Assembly: GCA_001179505.1 (NCBI GenBank)
Contig: CDMY01000910.1
Coordinates: 1-11,388 of the forward strand
DNA: 11,388 bases
Source: Vitrella brassicaformis CCMP3155
Taxonomy: Eukaryota > Protista > Chromerida
Reading direction: 5' to 3'
Below are positions 8,040-11,388 of this stretch, one piece after another. A program made the position numbers and the translations under genes. The notes below the pieces were generated by a model. The model was not told where the DNA came from. It ran no database searches and saw only the letters and a program-made list of their open reading frames with translations. Numbering within the stretch: position 1 is the stretch's first letter; each line of letters starts with the position of its first letter.

Positions 8040-8339
8040 NNNNNNNNNNNNNNNNNNNNNNNNNNNNNNNNNNNNNNNNNNNNNNNNNNNNNNNNNNNNN
8101 NNNNNNNNNNNNNNNNNNNNNNNNNNNNNNNNNNNNNNNNNNNNNNNNNNNNNNNNNNNNNNNNNNNNNNNNNNNNNNNNNNNNNNNNNNNNNNNNNNNN
8201 NNNNNNNNNNNNNNNNNNNNNNNNNNNNNNNNNNNNNNNNNNNNNNNNNNNNNNNNNNNNNNNNNNNNNNNNNNNNNNNNNNNNNNNNNNNNNNNNNNNN
8301 NNNNNNNNNNNNNNNNNNNNNNNNNNNNNNNNNNNNNNN
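8040..8339. other. Assembly gap (300 N)
   Basis: Run of exactly 300 N. Confidence 1.
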
Positions 8340-9008
8340 CACGCCAAATGGACACACCAGCACACCGACCACACCCACCCTGACAAACCTAACAAGGACG
8401 AACACAGCTCGTACTACATAAACACAGGAAACGAGAGACCACAAAGCTCGGACTACGGACGAAACCGTGCACAGGGAGAAGGGAGACACAGCCCATGGCG
8501 ACAACAGACAAACAGAGAGCAATTCCGTCCATGGACGAACGGACAGACGCACTGCATTTCTCAACAACAGACCCCTCCCATACGTGAAATGCAGAGCCGT
8601 TCATGTGAAAGACTATTTCCCAGGCTCTTCACACAAGGAGTGACGCTCAGTCAGCCACGAAACAGATCAGCGAGATCAGCGGAGAAGAAGGCGAGCACAG
8701 GTTTAAACGGCTCAGACTACGAGCGAGCCGTCCACGGACAGAAGTACCATCGAAGACAGTGCACCAAGAAACGGAGGCACTACCGGACACAATCAACCTC
8801 ATACTGAACACAATCAACGACGCAAGCTGCCCGCCACAAAAAATGACTAAGGAAAGGGAGAGACAAAGACAGACGAAAGCAGATGGCCCGGACTACGAGC
8901 GAACCGTGTACTACAGAGAGACATTCATGCAGCGCAGAGCCACTCATGGGGAAACCATTTCCCAGGCTCTCCGTAGGCCTTACATTGAGTCACGCAGTAC
9001 CCAGTCTT
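8340..9008 (+). repeat. Direct repeat copy B (partner 7351-8039)
   Basis: Starts at the first base after the gap and matches copy A up to CCCAGTCTT, where copy A enters the gap. Confidence 0.96.
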
Positions 9009-9291
9009 GACTTGAGCTGCATGCTGCAGACACAGATATGGACACATGCCATTTCAGAGATCGACATCTGTGTGATCGATTTTTCTCACCCACCTGTCTC
9101 CGGCGAATGCTGAGACCTCAGTTAGCCACAAAAACAGAGCACAGACAGAAGCATGGACTACAAGCGACAACCACCAACAAACGAAGGCACTACCGAGGAC
9201 AATCGGACTACGAACGAAGAGCATGACTACCATGCAACGACCTACTCGTGAAAAGGGAGAGCCATTCATGCGAAAAACTATTTCCCAGGCT

Positions 9292-11388
9292 GTCCAAAAA
9301 CGATGACACTCATCCAGTCAGCCCATCGGTCAGTCAGTCAGTTAGTAAGCTTGCGACGCGGTGTCGGTCTGCCTGTGTGCTGCTGGCGGTTTGTTGGCAC
9401 CCCGAAGGGTGTTTCCCGCCACCGACACACACAAGAGACCCAGCCATCCATCCATTCATTCGTCCATCCATCAACCAATCCATGTCAGTCAAGCCCATCG
9501 ATCAGCGCGTATGGATGGCCCCGCAACACGTCACACACATGTCTCTGCAAGTAAATGGGCTCTATTGTGTGTGTGAGTGCGTGTTAGCGCGGTTCAGTCG
9601 GTTTCGGCTGCCGGCGTGGTGAACGAGCGTGTTGTGGGGCAGGGCTGCGACCGCGCGAGCCCTCGGGTTGAGAGGACGACCAACTGCCTCAGCCACACAG
9701 CGACCCCTCTTACGGCCTTATACGGCCACCGCCAGGTGACACGACACTGACTGACTGGGGCTGGCTGATTGGTTGACTGGCCCGGCCTGCCCCGGCACTG
9801 TGTGGGCTGTGGACATCCATGCAGTGGACTATGTATACGTATCGACGTGTATACGTACAGCTATGTGGCGTACCTGGACCGCACTCATGTGCATGGTGCG
9901 GCGCGGTGTGTTGCCTACCTTTGCTCCCTTCAATGTGTCTTCCTTCTCTCTCTCCTGCGTGCAGTCATCGCAGAGGCGATCGGTTGCGAGATTGGCCTTT
10001 GTCAAAGAATGTTCGAATGCGTACTTGATCGATGGATGGCGGCAGCAACCAGCCAACGCGTCAACAGAACCTGCATACACATACTAATCTATGCGGCATG
10101 CGTTCACAGATGTAATCATATCGCCCACCAAAGAAATCGTCCGTTTCCTCTTGGCTAGGCGCGTCTGCCGCCTGGTCCTTGACGCGCGTTGTATCTGACG
10201 ACAGACATCGCGAGAGAGTCATGGAGAGTGAATGCCCAGACGCATACATCCACTTGCAGGCATGTCCATTCGCATAGCGGGTACTTGATGAATTCGTCCA
10301 AGTGTAGGGTGGGCTGCATGGAGACATACACGTACTCGTACAAATGTCGCGGCTGGCGGTCGGTCGATCTACCTGAACACAGAGGGTGGGTGCCTGATGG
10401 AAGGAAGCACAGTGGCATCATATAGAGACGAGACACGTGGATCATCCATCCCCACCTGCTGATGCCGGCAGGCATTGCCCAGGGCTCCTTGGCTCTGCTG
10501 TCTTGTCAAGTGAGTACCCGCGTCCTTCCTGCCATGAATCGACAGTGCACCCATACATGGACGCAGGATGGCCACTGCACAAGAAACGTACATTCGGTGA
10601 CGTATGGAGAAGGAAGCCTGCACACAGAGGTTGAAACGGCAAAAATCGTAGCGAAATGCACCACATGACATCCAATCGTCCGTGTGGCATCTGCACGATT
10701 GATCAATACCTCATTGTTGCGCGCATTCGCTTCCCGTCGGACTGCCCGTGACGGGGTGACAGCCGCCTGATTGCAAGGAGGGAAGGATACATGTGTACAT
10801 ACATACATACATACATATTCATCCGTAAAGTCTGCCTGCCTACAGATTTAGCCGCTCTGGATTTCACTCTTTGCCTGCAGACAGAGACACATGAACGCAC
10901 CATCTGTATATCAATCAAATCACGCGCCTACCTTCCGTGGAACATCATTCGCTTGCTCGCGGAGGTGGTGTGCGAAAGTGGCAGTTTGACGTGCGTGTCC
11001 TGTGCATTGGCACAGAAGCATGAAGGACATTCAGACTCACGCTGCTCTGCTCTCCTTCCGTACATTCACTGGGATACTCCATTCGGCGCATCTGTACACA
11101 CATACACATACACGGCTTACTTATGAAGGGGAGAAAGAAAAGCTTGTAAGTCGTGATATATCACCTTTGTGTGTCTCTGTGTCTCTCGCTGGATCATTTT
11201 TCCTTCATTGCCTCACGGACACAATGTCCTGGACCAAGACGCAGCATTGACACATCAGCTGCACACTAGTCAGATTGTGTGCGGGTCGTGTGTACATAGG
11301 CATATACATACCTTTGTCAGTACAAGTGTCAGTGGCCTGGTCACAAGATGACATCGGTGGAAACGGAAACTCTCCATGTGCTGAGATG
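9292..11388. other. Intron-like, microsatellite-rich sequence with scattered splice-like signals; no assignable gene
   Basis: GTCA, CCAT, ACAT and CA tracts plus several GT...YAG pairs. No ORF or spliced model with a recognisable motif. Confidence 0.45.

Larger units (their letters stand above)
7351..9291 (+). repeat. T-poor non-coding region built from dispersed degenerate modules
   Basis: Only 9 T in 7381-7500. Recurrent modules: GACTAC(G/A)..CGA, AAACG.AGGCACTACCG...CAATC and GAGCC..TCATG....A.AC.ATTTCCCAGGCT (coordinates in findings). Confidence 0.75.

Noticed and set aside
7790-8807. ORFs spanning the N run
   Set aside because: They are open only because N codons cannot be read as stops.
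7462-9291. Recurring modules as a CRISPR array
   Set aside because: Repeats are degenerate, of three kinds and irregularly spaced; the context is eukaryotic and there are no cas genes.
9703-10159. Ankyrin-like snippets TPLTALYGHRQ (9703-9735) and KEIVRFLLAR (10130-10159)
   Set aside because: Too short, too far apart, and other frames are equally plausible.

Overview
Eukaryotic, intron-dense DNA with short (about 45-105 nt) introns rich in GT/CA, GTCA and CCAC microsatellites. It resembles a chromerid alveolate such as Vitrella, but that is inference from intron style only. Bases 1-7452 form a mosaic bracketed by a roughly 98% identical inverted repeat (1-457 versus 7016-7452). The mosaic holds decayed, intron-containing pieces of what look like two different axonemal dynein heavy chain paralogs. 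One is an outer-arm gamma-type AAA4/stalk-base piece. The other is a single-headed inner-arm, DNAH1-like set in permuted order: AAA1, AAA2, N-terminal tail, linker. The mosaic also holds an almost intact 17-exon STE20-like kinase gene on the minus strand (2806-5619, one frameshift) and an unidentified spliced remnant. Next comes a T-poor, non-coding, modular repeat region (7351-9291). It is interrupted by a 300-N gap whose two flanks are near-identical, probably an assembly overlap. The last 2 kb is intron-like sequence I cannot assign. I found no RNA genes, CRISPR arrays or transposase ORFs. The best candidate for novel biology is a gene-fragment-capturing unit bounded by inverted repeats; this is a hypothesis and needs flanking sequence and copy-number data.
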